From Fibrobacteria bacterium (GTDB taxonomy: Bacteria > Fibrobacterota > Fibrobacteria > UBA11236), in assembly GCA_035275285.1 (NCBI GenBank), contig DATENA010000068.1, positions 303 to 64,302 of the forward strand: a stretch of 64,000 nucleotides of DNA, read 5' to 3'. The position numbers and the translations under genes were made by a program. The notes below the pieces were generated by a model. That model saw nothing but the letters and a program-made list of their open reading frames with translations, was not told the DNA's origin and made no database searches. Shown piece by piece: positions 17,470-26,639 of this stretch; positions within the stretch are counted from its first letter, which is position 1; the number at the start of each line of letters is the position of its first letter.

Positions 17470-18063
17470 CTAAAGCGATATCCCCTCCGCGAAGGCGCCC
17501 GGGAACTTCCGGCGCAAGCGCTCCACGATCAGGCAACGGGCCCGGTGCAGGCGCACCCGGATCAAGGTCGGGGAAATGCCCAGGGCTTCGGCGGCCTCTT
17601 CGCCGCTCAGGCCTTCCAGGTCCCTGAGCCGATAGGCTTCCCGGTACAGGGCGGGGATCTCTTCCGCAGCCTCCCCGATCCAGCGGATCAGGCGGGATTG
17701 ATGCAATGCCTCGTCGGCCAAGGGCGCGGGCGATTCCCATTCCCGGCCCTGCGCCTCCGCTTCCGGAACCGGGAAGCCGGGCTGGTATTTTTCCGAGAGG
17801 CGATCGCACACTTTGTGGTAGGTCAGAGAATACACCCAGGTGGTCAGTTTCGACTTGGCTTCGAAGCGGGGCAAGGCCCGGTGCGCGGCCAGGAAGGTTT
17901 CCTGCAGGACGTCCTGGACCAGCTCCGGATCCCGGAGGTAGCGGCCGACGTACCGCGATAGCGGGGGGTGAAGGGCGCGCACCAGTTTCCGGAATGCCCG
18001 GGACGCGGCCGGAGCCCCGCCCAACAAGGCTTTCAGGAAGAAAGGGGAATTGATTTCCTGCAT
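17470..18063 (-). CDS. ECF sigma-70 family RNA polymerase sigma factor
   Basis: DVLQETFLAAHRALPRFEAKSKLTTWVYSL and YRLRDLEGLSGEEAAEALGISPTLIRVRLHRAR. The start could alternatively be 18135. Confidence 0.9.
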   Translation of the reverse strand: MQEINSPFFLKALLGGAPAASRAFRKLVRALHPPLSRYVGRYLRDPELVQDVLQETFLAAHRALPRFEAKSKLTTWVYSLTYHKVCDRLSEKYQPGFPVPEAEAQGREWESPAPLADEALHQSRLIRWIGEAAEEIPALYREAYRLRDLEGLSGEEAAEALGISPTLIRVRLHRARCLIVERLRRKFPGAFAEGISL

Positions 18064-18329
18064 CGGATCGGGGGGGCTTTTCACCACCTTCACCGCCACT
18101 TCCGTCCCCGCCGGTCTCTCCGCGGCTGCTTCCATCCGAATCTCCTGGTCCTTGGGTCCGCCGTCCTGCTCCCAAGATACCCGGAGGCGGACCCGGGCAT
18201 CCACGCGGGATGGCGATTTCCGTATACATTTGTTAACGGGCAATGGGCCCGTGGGGTGGCGGTTCCGGCCCCCTTTAGGTATACTGGAATAACCGCTTCA
18301 CCGTCCAACCCAGCGGTCCGAAAAAGACC

Positions 18330-19169
18330 ATGAGCCCGGAAAAACCGGAACCGGAAATCCTGCACTACTCCAATTACCGGACGTACCTGCAGGACTATTA
18401 CGAGTACAAGAAGGCCGAACAGCCGGTCTTTTCGCACCGTTATTTCGCCCGGAAGGCGGGGATCACCAGCCCGAACTATCTGAAGCTGGTCATGGACGGA
18501 AAGCGGAACCTCACCAAGAAGACCCTGTTGAAATTCGCCACCGCCTTGGGGCTCAAAGGAATGCGCGCCGAATTTTTCGAGAATTTGGTATTTTTCAACC
18601 AATCGGCCTCCCTTCCCGAGCGGAACAGCTACTACGGGAACATTCTCAGGGTGCGCGCGAAAGCCGGATTGCGGAAACTGGACGAGGCCCAGTTCCAATT
18701 GTTCTCGGACTGGCGGCACATCGTCGTCCGGGAATTGGCGGCGGCGAAGGGCTTCCGGCCGGATGCGCGCTGGATAGCCAAGAAGCTGGGCAAGGTCATT
18801 TCCGAGAAGGAGGCGGAGGAATCCTTGAAGCTGCTGTCCATCCTGGGCCTGCTCAGGAAAACCGCCAACGGGTTCATGCAGACGGACATCAACATCACCA
18901 CCTCCGATGAAGTGCGCTCGCTCCTCGTCAAGAACTACCACCACCAGATGATCCGCATGGGCGCGGCGGCTCTGGACACCCTGCCGGCCTCCCGGCGGGA
19001 CATCTCGTCCATCACCATCCCCATCCATCCCAAGGATTTCCCCAAGCTCAAGGAGCAGATCCAACTGATGCGCAAGGAACTATTCAACATGAGTGCCGAA
19101 CAGGGCGCCGGCGAAGACGTCATCCAGGTGAACATCCAGCTCTTCCCCCTCACCGGGCTCCAGGGTTAG
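18330..19169 (+). CDS. TIGR02147 family protein (HTH + DUF4423-like domain)
   Basis: YSNYRTYLQDYYE...FSHRYFARKAGITSPNYLKLVMDGKRNLT, W.H.VVREL, YHHQMI, RRDISSITI, QVNIQLFPL. Confidence 0.92.
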   Translation: MSPEKPEPEILHYSNYRTYLQDYYEYKKAEQPVFSHRYFARKAGITSPNYLKLVMDGKRNLTKKTLLKFATALGLKGMRAEFFENLVFFNQSASLPERNSYYGNILRVRAKAGLRKLDEAQFQLFSDWRHIVVRELAAAKGFRPDARWIAKKLGKVISEKEAEESLKLLSILGLLRKTANGFMQTDINITTSDEVRSLLVKNYHHQMIRMGAAALDTLPASRRDISSITIPIHPKDFPKLKEQIQLMRKELFNMSAEQGAGEDVIQVNIQLFPLTGLQG

Positions 19170-19172
19170 CCC

Positions 19173-19898
19173 ATGGCCCGCCCCCGGAAATGGCTGCTCC
19201 TTTCGGCGCTGCTTACGGTCTGCGCTTGCGGGGATCGCCTGGCCGGCACCGAAGTGGGGAACCCGGAATTCACCGTGGCCGCCCGTTTCGGCATCGTGGA
19301 CACGGACGCCTCCGCCTCCATCCCGGAAATGAACCTGAAGGTGATGGGACTGGGCTGGACCGTGGGAAAGGATTCCGCCGCCTGCTGGAACGAGCCGGAA
19401 GGCCATATGGTGGACTTCGCCGCGGATGCGCCGGCCCCGCTGCCCGCCGTCACCGTCCGCAAAGCCGATTGGTCCCGGGCGGAAATGCTGTTGCAGGCCC
19501 CCTCGGAAGACCAAGCGCCTCCGGGGAACGCCACGCTTCCCGATTCGGTCCCGTTCTCGGACTGGTCCGATCCCAGGTACATCAAGCTGGTCAAGATCAC
19601 GAGCGCGGACACCGTGCGGGCCCTGTTCCGGATGCCCCCGGACCTGCGCATCAGGCTGGGATTCGGCAAGGCCGCCATCGGCGCCTGGCGGAAGGACGCG
19701 GACATCACCGTGACGGTGATGTTCGACGCGGGCAAGTGGGCCGCCGGCCTGGGCGCGCAGGCCGGCTTCGCCTTCCGCGAGGATGGGAAACATGCCCGCT
19801 ACGTATTGCTGTCCCCCGAGGAGAACGTCCCCGTTTACGCCGCCATGAAGGCGTCGTTGCCGGGGTGTTTCATGGCCGACGCGGCCGACATGCTCTGA
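19173..19898 (+). CDS. Putative lipoprotein with GTEVGNP motif
   Basis: Lipobox-like LTVCAC followed by GDRLAGTEVGNP; 3 nt downstream of the TIGR02147 gene. Confidence 0.75.
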   Translation: MARPRKWLLLSALLTVCACGDRLAGTEVGNPEFTVAARFGIVDTDASASIPEMNLKVMGLGWTVGKDSAACWNEPEGHMVDFAADAPAPLPAVTVRKADWSRAEMLLQAPSEDQAPPGNATLPDSVPFSDWSDPRYIKLVKITSADTVRALFRMPPDLRIRLGFGKAAIGAWRKDADITVTVMFDAGKWAAGLGAQAGFAFREDGKHARYVLLSPEENVPVYAAMKASLPGCFMADAADML

Positions 19899-19913
19899 TC
19901 CCCCGGCCCGGTT

Positions 19914-20798
19914 TCAGGCGATCTTGACCGAAGTCATGGTAAGGGAGCCCGCGACGGCCTTGTCGTTGAACAGCGTCGCGTTCTCCCCCTTCTCCTGCAA
20001 GCCCAGGGCGTACAGCAGCGGATAGTAATGATCCGGAGTGGGGATCGCCAGTTCAGCCGCAGCGCCCAGGTTCCGGTACTCGATCAGGGCCTCATGGTTC
20101 CGCTCGCGGATATGCTTCGCGAACACGGATTTCATTTCCAAGGCCCAATCGAACCCGTATTCCGGATCGTCGCTGCGACCGAAGGCTATCCTGCCCAGGT
20201 TGTGCACCATGTTGCCGCTGCCCAGGATCAGGATCCCCTTCTCCCGCAGGCCCGCCAATTCCCGGCCCAGGTTGTAATGGTACCGGGGCGGTTTGTGATA
20301 ATCGATGCTCAATTGCAGCACCGGCACGCCGGCATCCGGATACATGCGGCGGATGACGGCCCAGGCGCCATGGTCCAGCCCCCATGCGTGATCCATCCCC
20401 ACGGACAGGGATTTCACCGCGTCCCGCACCTCTCCGGCCACGGCGGGGCTGCCGGGGGCGGGATATTCCACGTCGAACAGGGCCTTCGGGAACCCTCCGA
20501 AGTCGTGGATGGTCTTGGGCCTTTCCATGGCCGTTACGAACGTGCCTTGGGTGAGCCAATGGGCGGATATGCACAGCACCGCCTTGGGCTTGGGGATCTC
20601 CCCGGCGAGCTTGGCCCAGCTCCCGCTGAATTCATTGTCTTCGATGCCGTTCATTGGCGATCCATGCCCGATGAAAAGCACGGGCAGTTTGCCGCCCTTT
20701 TCGAGGCCGGAGGCGGCCGTGTTCAATGCATTGAGGTCCATGGTCATTGCCGCCGCCGGGATGAAGGGAAGGGATGCGAGAAAACCTCTGCGTTCCAC
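19914..20798 (-). CDS. ygiD: 4,5-DOPA extradiol dioxygenase (LigB family)
   Basis: LFIGHGSPMN, ISAHW, TIHDFGGFP, WGLDHGAW, SGNMVHNL, IPTPDHYYPL. Confidence 0.93.
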   Translation of the reverse strand: MERRGFLASLPFIPAAAMTMDLNALNTAASGLEKGGKLPVLFIGHGSPMNGIEDNEFSGSWAKLAGEIPKPKAVLCISAHWLTQGTFVTAMERPKTIHDFGGFPKALFDVEYPAPGSPAVAGEVRDAVKSLSVGMDHAWGLDHGAWAVIRRMYPDAGVPVLQLSIDYHKPPRYHYNLGRELAGLREKGILILGSGNMVHNLGRIAFGRSDDPEYGFDWALEMKSVFAKHIRERNHEALIEYRNLGAAAELAIPTPDHYYPLLYALGLQEKGENATLFNDKAVAGSLTMTSVKIA

Positions 20799-20815
20799 GT
20801 CTGCATGCTAATATA

Positions 20816-20825
20816 CGTTATAACG
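20816..20825. promoter_or_regulatory. Palindromic candidate operator upstream of ygiD
   Basis: CGTTATAACG is a perfect 10-bp palindrome 18 nt upstream of the 20798 start. Confidence 0.4.
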
Positions 20826-21060
20826 ACTATCCTTTCAACATATTTACGCCTTTTCCGAATCCTGTTTCCTCTCCGGAGATTGTTGAACCGGGAATTCCGG
20901 AACTTCAGGGCGATCGCTCACGCGGATTTCTTCAAAATCCGCCAAATACCCTGGGAGAAAGAGACCCGCACGGCTTTCCGCCGGTCCCGGCAGGACCGAT
21001 AATCAGATGAACGGAAACGGGAGTTGGGGTAAACTATCTTTGGTGGCTTCCCTGTCCGAT

Positions 21061-22707
21061 ATGCAAAAAACCAATCCGGAGAGAATGCGGAAACGCAGCA
21101 TGGGAATCCGGGCCGTCGCCTGCCTGTTCCCGTTGCTGGCATCCTGCCTGTTCGAAACCAAGGAAATCGATCCCCGCCGGCCCGGGTACCTGAACCTGGA
21201 CCTGGTGCTGCGACCCAACTCCGGCACCCTGTTCAAGACCGCCTCCGCCGATACCCTCTTCAGGCTGGATTCGGTGATCATCGTCCTGAGCGCCACCGGA
21301 GCGGCCACCATCACCAACCGCTATGCGATATCCGGCCGCGCGGACAGCGGCAACATCGTCGTTTCCCCTAAAATCTTCGCCCTGGCGCCCCTGCGGATCT
21401 GGAAAGCGAAAATCCTTTCCGTCGACACCACCTTGAACCCCTCCCGCAAGGACACGGTGCATATCGATTCCGTCAGCTTCGGCATCAATCCGGGCGACAC
21501 CGCCTACGTGACCAAGACGGTCAATCCGGTCTTCTCCATCCTGCGCGCGCGTCTGGTCTCCAACAGCGCGGCCTCTCTCGCCAACAACGTCAAGTACCTG
21601 CGCATCCGCGTGGACGGGACCGTGCGCGACTCGACCCCCATGGGACCCAACCTCCGCTTCGTGGACTTCGGCAACGGCACCACCGGATGCGCCGTGGGCG
21701 ATTCCGGCGTCATCCTGCGCACCACCAATAGCGGCGCCAATTGGGCCGCGGCCACCAGCAACACCACCCGGAACCTGCATGGCGTGAACTTTCCCGGCGC
21801 CAATACCGGCTGGGCCGTGGGCGCCGGGGGAACCGTCCTGAGCACGAGCACGGGAACGTCCTGGTTTTCCGTATCCAGCGGCACCGCGCAGGATCTGAAC
21901 GCCACCTATTTCAACAGCAACAACACCGGCTGGGCCGTCGGGGAAGCCGGCACCATCATCAAGACCACCAACGGCGCATCTTTCTCGACGCTGGCCAGCG
22001 GCACCGTCCAGGAACTCAACGGCGTCTACTTCACCAACTCCAGCACGGGCACGGCGGTGGGAAACGCCGGGACCATCCTGCGCACCACCGACGGCGGAAG
22101 CAACTGGTCCGCCCAGACCAGCGGCACCACGGAGAACCTGAAGGGGGTCTTTTTCCCGTCCTCGACCCTGGGGTTCGCCGTGGGGAACGGCGGCGTCATC
22201 CTCAAGACCACCAACGGCGGCAGCGCCTGGACCCCGTTGGCCAGCGGAACCACGGCCGATCTCAGCGTGGTCTTCTTCACGAGCACCACCGCGGGGTACA
22301 TCGCCGGCGAAGGCGGCGTGCTGCTCACCACTTCGGACGCTACGACCTGGACGGCGAGCGCGAGCGGCACGGTGCAGAACCTGAACGGGTTCGCTTGGAC
22401 CACCAACGAGAATACCGCCGTCGCGGTGGGGAACCTGGGTTCCGTGGCCCGTTCGACCAACGGCACGGCCTACACCCATCAATTGATCGGGACCAAGCTC
22501 TTCGACGTCCACCTGACGTACAAGTACTTCACGCCCAACGTGTCCCATACCCTGGTGATGGACGCCATCGATACCCTCTCGGGCCCTTTGCGCGGCTATC
22601 AGGCCACCAAGGCCGTCTTGCTGGCGCCGGGCAAGGACACGACGGTGACGCCGAATTCGAGCCTGGCCAAATGCGGCTATTCGGGCACGTCCGCCTGCAC
22701 GCCTTGA
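21061..22707 (+). CDS. YCF48-related 7-repeat beta-propeller lipoprotein
   Basis: Lipobox LLASC; seven ~40-aa repeats of the form G.AVG..G.IL.TT.G..W...SGT...L..V.F. Start uncertain (21061, 21085 or 21100). Confidence 0.85.
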   Translation: MQKTNPERMRKRSMGIRAVACLFPLLASCLFETKEIDPRRPGYLNLDLVLRPNSGTLFKTASADTLFRLDSVIIVLSATGAATITNRYAISGRADSGNIVVSPKIFALAPLRIWKAKILSVDTTLNPSRKDTVHIDSVSFGINPGDTAYVTKTVNPVFSILRARLVSNSAASLANNVKYLRIRVDGTVRDSTPMGPNLRFVDFGNGTTGCAVGDSGVILRTTNSGANWAAATSNTTRNLHGVNFPGANTGWAVGAGGTVLSTSTGTSWFSVSSGTAQDLNATYFNSNNTGWAVGEAGTIIKTTNGASFSTLASGTVQELNGVYFTNSSTGTAVGNAGTILRTTDGGSNWSAQTSGTTENLKGVFFPSSTLGFAVGNGGVILKTTNGGSAWTPLASGTTADLSVVFFTSTTAGYIAGEGGVLLTTSDATTWTASASGTVQNLNGFAWTTNENTAVAVGNLGSVARSTNGTAYTHQLIGTKLFDVHLTYKYFTPNVSHTLVMDAIDTLSGPLRGYQATKAVLLAPGKDTTVTPNSSLAKCGYSGTSACTP

Positions 22708-22727
22708 CGGGCCGGCCGAAGCCTCCG

Positions 22728-23792
22728 TCAGGGACGGCCCGCGGTCATCCTTTTGTATTGCGTGTACCGGCCGGAGGCGTTCACCACTTCGAGTTGATAG
22801 AGGTAGTCCCGCGTCGCGAGGCCCAGGGAGCCCAGATGCACGCGCATGGCATGCTCTTCGGCGGCGAGGCCGCGCGCCGGAATGGAGGCTACCTGCTTGC
22901 CGGAAAGGTCCCGGATGTCCATCACCACGTCCGCGCGTTGCTTCAGCGAAAAGGGAATGGTCACCTCGCCGAAATGCGGATTGGGGAAGGATTGCCCCAA
23001 GGCGAATTGCGCGGCGTTCAGGCTTTCGAGATGCCCCAGGCCGGCGGTGCCGGTCCCGTTCACGGAAACCTCCAGGTAGGACTCGTACCCTCCCGTGGCC
23101 GCATCGGCGGTGAGGCTGGCGAGCTGGAATTGATACCCGTTATTGAACACCGAGTCGCCGGCGAAGGACGTGGGGTCCGCTCCCTTGGAGTATACGGCGG
23201 GGTTCGCGGCGTACACGGCGTTCTTGGCCGCCACGTCCCAGGTCAATTGGGAAATGGCCGCGTAGGAGGAACTGACGTACACCTGGAAATGGATATGGGC
23301 GATGCGGCCGTTGTACCAACCCGGAAAGATCGTCGTGAACGCGACCTCGCCGGACGCATCGGCCACCTGGTAACCGCGCAGATACGTCAGGCCGGCCTGG
23401 CCGGGGTTCATCTGGTTGTCATAGCCGGAATAATTGCCATCTTTGTCGCAATGCCAGACGTTGACCCGCACGTCCGGCATGGGGGCGCAATTCGCCATGC
23501 CCAGGACCTTCAGCCTGAGCTTCAAGGGAACCCCGGTCCGGTTTTCCCGGATGTCCTGACGCAGATAGAACGCATTGGCCGTCAAATCGAGCGGGAACGG
23601 GCCCGCCGTTTCACCAGGGATCAAGGCGCAGGCGGCGGACGCGGATCCGGCCGCCCGGGACCCCGCCGCGGCCTTTCCGGCCGGAATCAGGGAAGCGGCG
23701 CCCATCAGGCCGGTGAACTTCAGGAAATCCCTCCTGGCGTTCGTTCGAATATCGCTGGTTCGGGAATCGCTGATTCCGGCATCTTTCGTCAT
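22728..23792 (-). CDS. Intradiol ring-cleavage dioxygenase-like protein with Tat signal and T9SS-like C-terminal domain
   Basis: RRDFLK Tat motif; ETAGPFP, VWHCDKDGNYSGY, LRGYQ, TIFPGWYNGRIAHIH; C-terminal QSFPNP...IRDLSGKQV...YLYQL. Confidence 0.87.
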   Translation of the reverse strand: MTKDAGISDSRTSDIRTNARRDFLKFTGLMGAASLIPAGKAAAGSRAAGSASAACALIPGETAGPFPLDLTANAFYLRQDIRENRTGVPLKLRLKVLGMANCAPMPDVRVNVWHCDKDGNYSGYDNQMNPGQAGLTYLRGYQVADASGEVAFTTIFPGWYNGRIAHIHFQVYVSSSYAAISQLTWDVAAKNAVYAANPAVYSKGADPTSFAGDSVFNNGYQFQLASLTADAATGGYESYLEVSVNGTGTAGLGHLESLNAAQFALGQSFPNPHFGEVTIPFSLKQRADVVMDIRDLSGKQVASIPARGLAAEEHAMRVHLGSLGLATRDYLYQLEVVNASGRYTQYKRMTAGRP

Positions 23793-24058
23793 GGCGTCCT
23801 CTCCCGGTGCATCCGCCTATCCGGCGTCCGTCCCACAAGAATACACTTTTACGATCGCCCGGGGCACCCCGACTTGCGGGGCAGGGGGAGGACAAAGTGT
23901 CCCCAGGAGCCACGCTGGAACCCGCCGGGCCGCGAAGCTATTTTCATTGAAAGGGGAGGTCCTCCGACCCCCGCCCGCTTTCACCTTGAAGCCCGCTCCC
24001 TTCCCATGGGTGCCGGCCTTCGACCCCGGCGCCGCGCGCCGCAACCAAGGATGGATCC

Positions 24059-24454
24059 ATGCCCGAAATTCCAGCTACGCAAGCAGCCACGGCCGCCGGA
24101 AACGCGGGGGCCGAAGTGCGCCGGATCATCGAAAACATCAAGTCCAGCCCCCACTCCGAACCGATGCGCCGCGTCCGGGGAAGCTATCTCTTCGACGTGG
24201 AAGGAGCGGGAAGGTGGCGGATCGGCGTCGACCATGGCAAACTCGCCGTGGAAGAGGGCCGGACCGACGCCGATTGCATCGTCCGCACCGATGCGGACTA
24301 TTTCCTGCGGATCGCGACCGGGAGGCAGAACCTCGTCACCGCGGCCATGCAGGGAAGGGTGGAGATCGAGGGCGACATGGCGCTCGCCCAGAAACTGAGC
24401 GGAATCACGCCTTCCCCCCGACAGGGCGGAAGCCAACCACGAGGCAATCCATGA
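24059..24454 (+). CDS. SCP2 sterol/lipid-binding domain protein
   Basis: YLFDVEGAGRWRIGVDHG...ADCIVRTDA...G..N.VTAAMQGRVEIEGDMALA. Confidence 0.88.
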   Translation: MPEIPATQAATAAGNAGAEVRRIIENIKSSPHSEPMRRVRGSYLFDVEGAGRWRIGVDHGKLAVEEGRTDADCIVRTDADYFLRIATGRQNLVTAAMQGRVEIEGDMALAQKLSGITPSPRQGGSQPRGNP

Positions 24455-26529
24455 GCGTACCTGCCACAGTCAGCATGCTGGAAGGGGACACTTTCGTCGT
24501 CAGCGACGGCCGCGGCGACATCGACGCGTCGCCCACCGAAACGCAAGGCCTGTTCCAGCACGATACCCGGTTCCTCTCCCGCTGGGTGCTCACCCTCGAC
24601 GGAAAGCGGCTGCATCCGCTCTCCACCGACGATATCCAGTATTTTTCCATGCAATTCTTCCTGGTGCCCGGCACGGGCACCATTTACGTGGATTCCAAGC
24701 TGTCCGTCATCCGCAAGCGGGCGGTGGGCCGCGGATTCCGGGAGGAGATCGAGATCCTGAACCATGACAACCGGCCGGTGGACCTCGAAGTGGCCTTGTC
24801 CGTGGGATCGGACTTCGCCGATCTCTTCGAGGTCAAGGACGCGCTGGCCAAGAAAGGCGAGCTGTACCAGCGGACCGACGAAGGCGTGCTGGTGCTCGGG
24901 TACCGCCGGGAGAAGTTCGTGCGCGAGACGCGCATCGAAAGCGATCCTCCCTATTCGCTCGGCGATGGGAAGATCGTGTTCAAGGCGCATATCGGGCCCC
25001 ATGGCGAATGGAAAGCCGCCCTGAACGTCATCGCCGTGGAAGGGGGCGCCGCCGCGCGCGCGATACGGCCCAAGTACAAGAGCACGGAGGCCGAAGCCCG
25101 GCCCAACGTGGGGGGAACCCTCAAGGATTGGCTCGACCGGGCGCCGAAGATATTGACCTCCTGGCAGTCCCTGGGCCGCACCTACAAGCGCAGCCTCATC
25201 GACCTGGCCGCGCTGCGTTTCTTCCCGGGCCTGGCTCCCGGCGATGCCATGCCGGCGGCCGGCCTGCCCTGGTTCATGGCCATGTTCGGCCGGGACAGCA
25301 TCCTCACCAGCCTCCAGGCGCTCCCCTTCGCTCCCGAACTCGCGCGGACCACCTTGCGCGTCCTGGGGGCGAGGCAAGGCACCCGCATCGACGATTTCCG
25401 GGACGAGGAACCGGGCAAGATCCTGCATGAGTCCCGCTGGGGCGAACTCACCGCCTTCGAAGAACGGCCCCATTCCCCTTATTTCGGGAGCGCGGACGTC
25501 ACGCCGCTGTTCCTGGTCCTGCTCGACGAGTACGTCCGCTGGTCCGGCGACGCGGCCCTGGCCGCTTCCCTGGAGGACGAAGCCAGGGCCGCCCTGCGCT
25601 GGATCGACGCCTACGGAGACCGGGACAACGACGGATACGTGGAATACGATCGCCGCAACGCCAAGACGGGCCTGGAGAACCAATGCTGGAAGGATTCCTC
25701 CGATTCCATCGCCTTCGCCGACGGGCGGCTGGCCGAAAGGCCCATCGCCACCTGCGAAATCCAGGGATACGTCTACGATGCCAAGATCCGCAGCGCGCGG
25801 CTGGCGCGCGAAGTCTGGAATGACCCGGCCTTCGCCGGCAAGCTGGAGCGGGAGGCGGCCGACCTCAAGATCCGCTTCAACGCCGATTTCTGGATGCCGG
25901 ATCGGCGCTGCTTCGCGCTCGCGCTCGATCGCCGCAAGAACCAGGTCGATTCCATCACCTCGAACATCGGCCACCTGCTCTTCAGCGGCATCGTGGACGC
26001 CGACAAGGCGGACGACGTGGTGGGCCATTTGCTGGGCGACGCCTTGTATTCCGGCTGGGGCGTGCGGACCATGGCCGTGGGCGAAGCCAGGTACAACCCC
26101 ATCGGCTACCACGTGGGCACGATATGGCCCCATGACAATTCCATCATCGCCCTGGGGCTGATGCGGTACCGCCGCCACGCCGAAGCGTCCCGCATCGCCT
26201 ACTCCATCCTGGAAGCGGCGAGTTATTTCAACCACCGCCTGCCCGAGGCGTTCGCGGGGTATCCCCGCCAGGAAACCCAATTCCCGGTCGAATATCCCAC
26301 CGCTTGTTCGCCGCAAGCGTGGGCCTCCGGCGCCCCGCTGCTGATGCTCCGCGTCCTGCTCGGACTCGAGCCCCTGGGAGAGCACCTGGTGGTGGAACCC
26401 GTCATCCCCGCCGAAATCGCCCATGTCGGACTGCTCGGCATCCCGGGACGCTGGGGCCGCGCCGATGCCTTCGGCCGCGGACGCGTCGACCTGGGCGCGC
26501 CGGCCCAGTTGGAGCTTGCGCTGGTCTGA
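24451..26529 (+). CDS. Amylo-alpha-1,6-glucosidase / glycogen-debranching family glycoside hydrolase
   Basis: ATGA overlap with the SCP2 gene. N-terminal DTRFLSRW domain, AAGLPWFMAMFGRDS, EEPGKILHE, NQCWKDS, YHVGTIWPHDN, RLPEAFAG, ACSPQAWASG. Confidence 0.92.
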   Translation: MSVPATVSMLEGDTFVVSDGRGDIDASPTETQGLFQHDTRFLSRWVLTLDGKRLHPLSTDDIQYFSMQFFLVPGTGTIYVDSKLSVIRKRAVGRGFREEIEILNHDNRPVDLEVALSVGSDFADLFEVKDALAKKGELYQRTDEGVLVLGYRREKFVRETRIESDPPYSLGDGKIVFKAHIGPHGEWKAALNVIAVEGGAAARAIRPKYKSTEAEARPNVGGTLKDWLDRAPKILTSWQSLGRTYKRSLIDLAALRFFPGLAPGDAMPAAGLPWFMAMFGRDSILTSLQALPFAPELARTTLRVLGARQGTRIDDFRDEEPGKILHESRWGELTAFEERPHSPYFGSADVTPLFLVLLDEYVRWSGDAALAASLEDEARAALRWIDAYGDRDNDGYVEYDRRNAKTGLENQCWKDSSDSIAFADGRLAERPIATCEIQGYVYDAKIRSARLAREVWNDPAFAGKLEREAADLKIRFNADFWMPDRRCFALALDRRKNQVDSITSNIGHLLFSGIVDADKADDVVGHLLGDALYSGWGVRTMAVGEARYNPIGYHVGTIWPHDNSIIALGLMRYRRHAEASRIAYSILEAASYFNHRLPEAFAGYPRQETQFPVEYPTACSPQAWASGAPLLMLRVLLGLEPLGEHLVVEPVIPAEIAHVGLLGIPGRWGRADAFGRGRVDLGAPAQLELALV

Positions 26530-26559
26530 GAAGCCGTCCCCGAATCCGGGGCGGAACGG

Positions 26560-26594
26560 AACCGCCCTCCCCGTTTCCGGAGAGGGCGGTTTTT
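26560..26594 (+). terminator. Intrinsic terminator between convergent genes
   Basis: AACCGCCCTC...GAGGGCGGTT stem followed by a T run. Confidence 0.7.
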
Positions 26595-26639
26595 CAAAGG
26601 CATGCTTTTCAGCCGTGCGCCGGAAGCGCCGGCCATGTC

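Noticed and set aside
19914-20798. YgiD (LigB family) as partner of the LigA-like 73-aa peptide
   Set aside because: YgiD-type enzymes work without a LigA subunit, and the gene is 16 kb away on the other strand.
21640-22490. Periodic DNA repeats as a possible CRISPR array
   Set aside because: They are degenerate ~120-nt coding repeats of propeller blades, with no identical repeats, unique spacers or cas genes.
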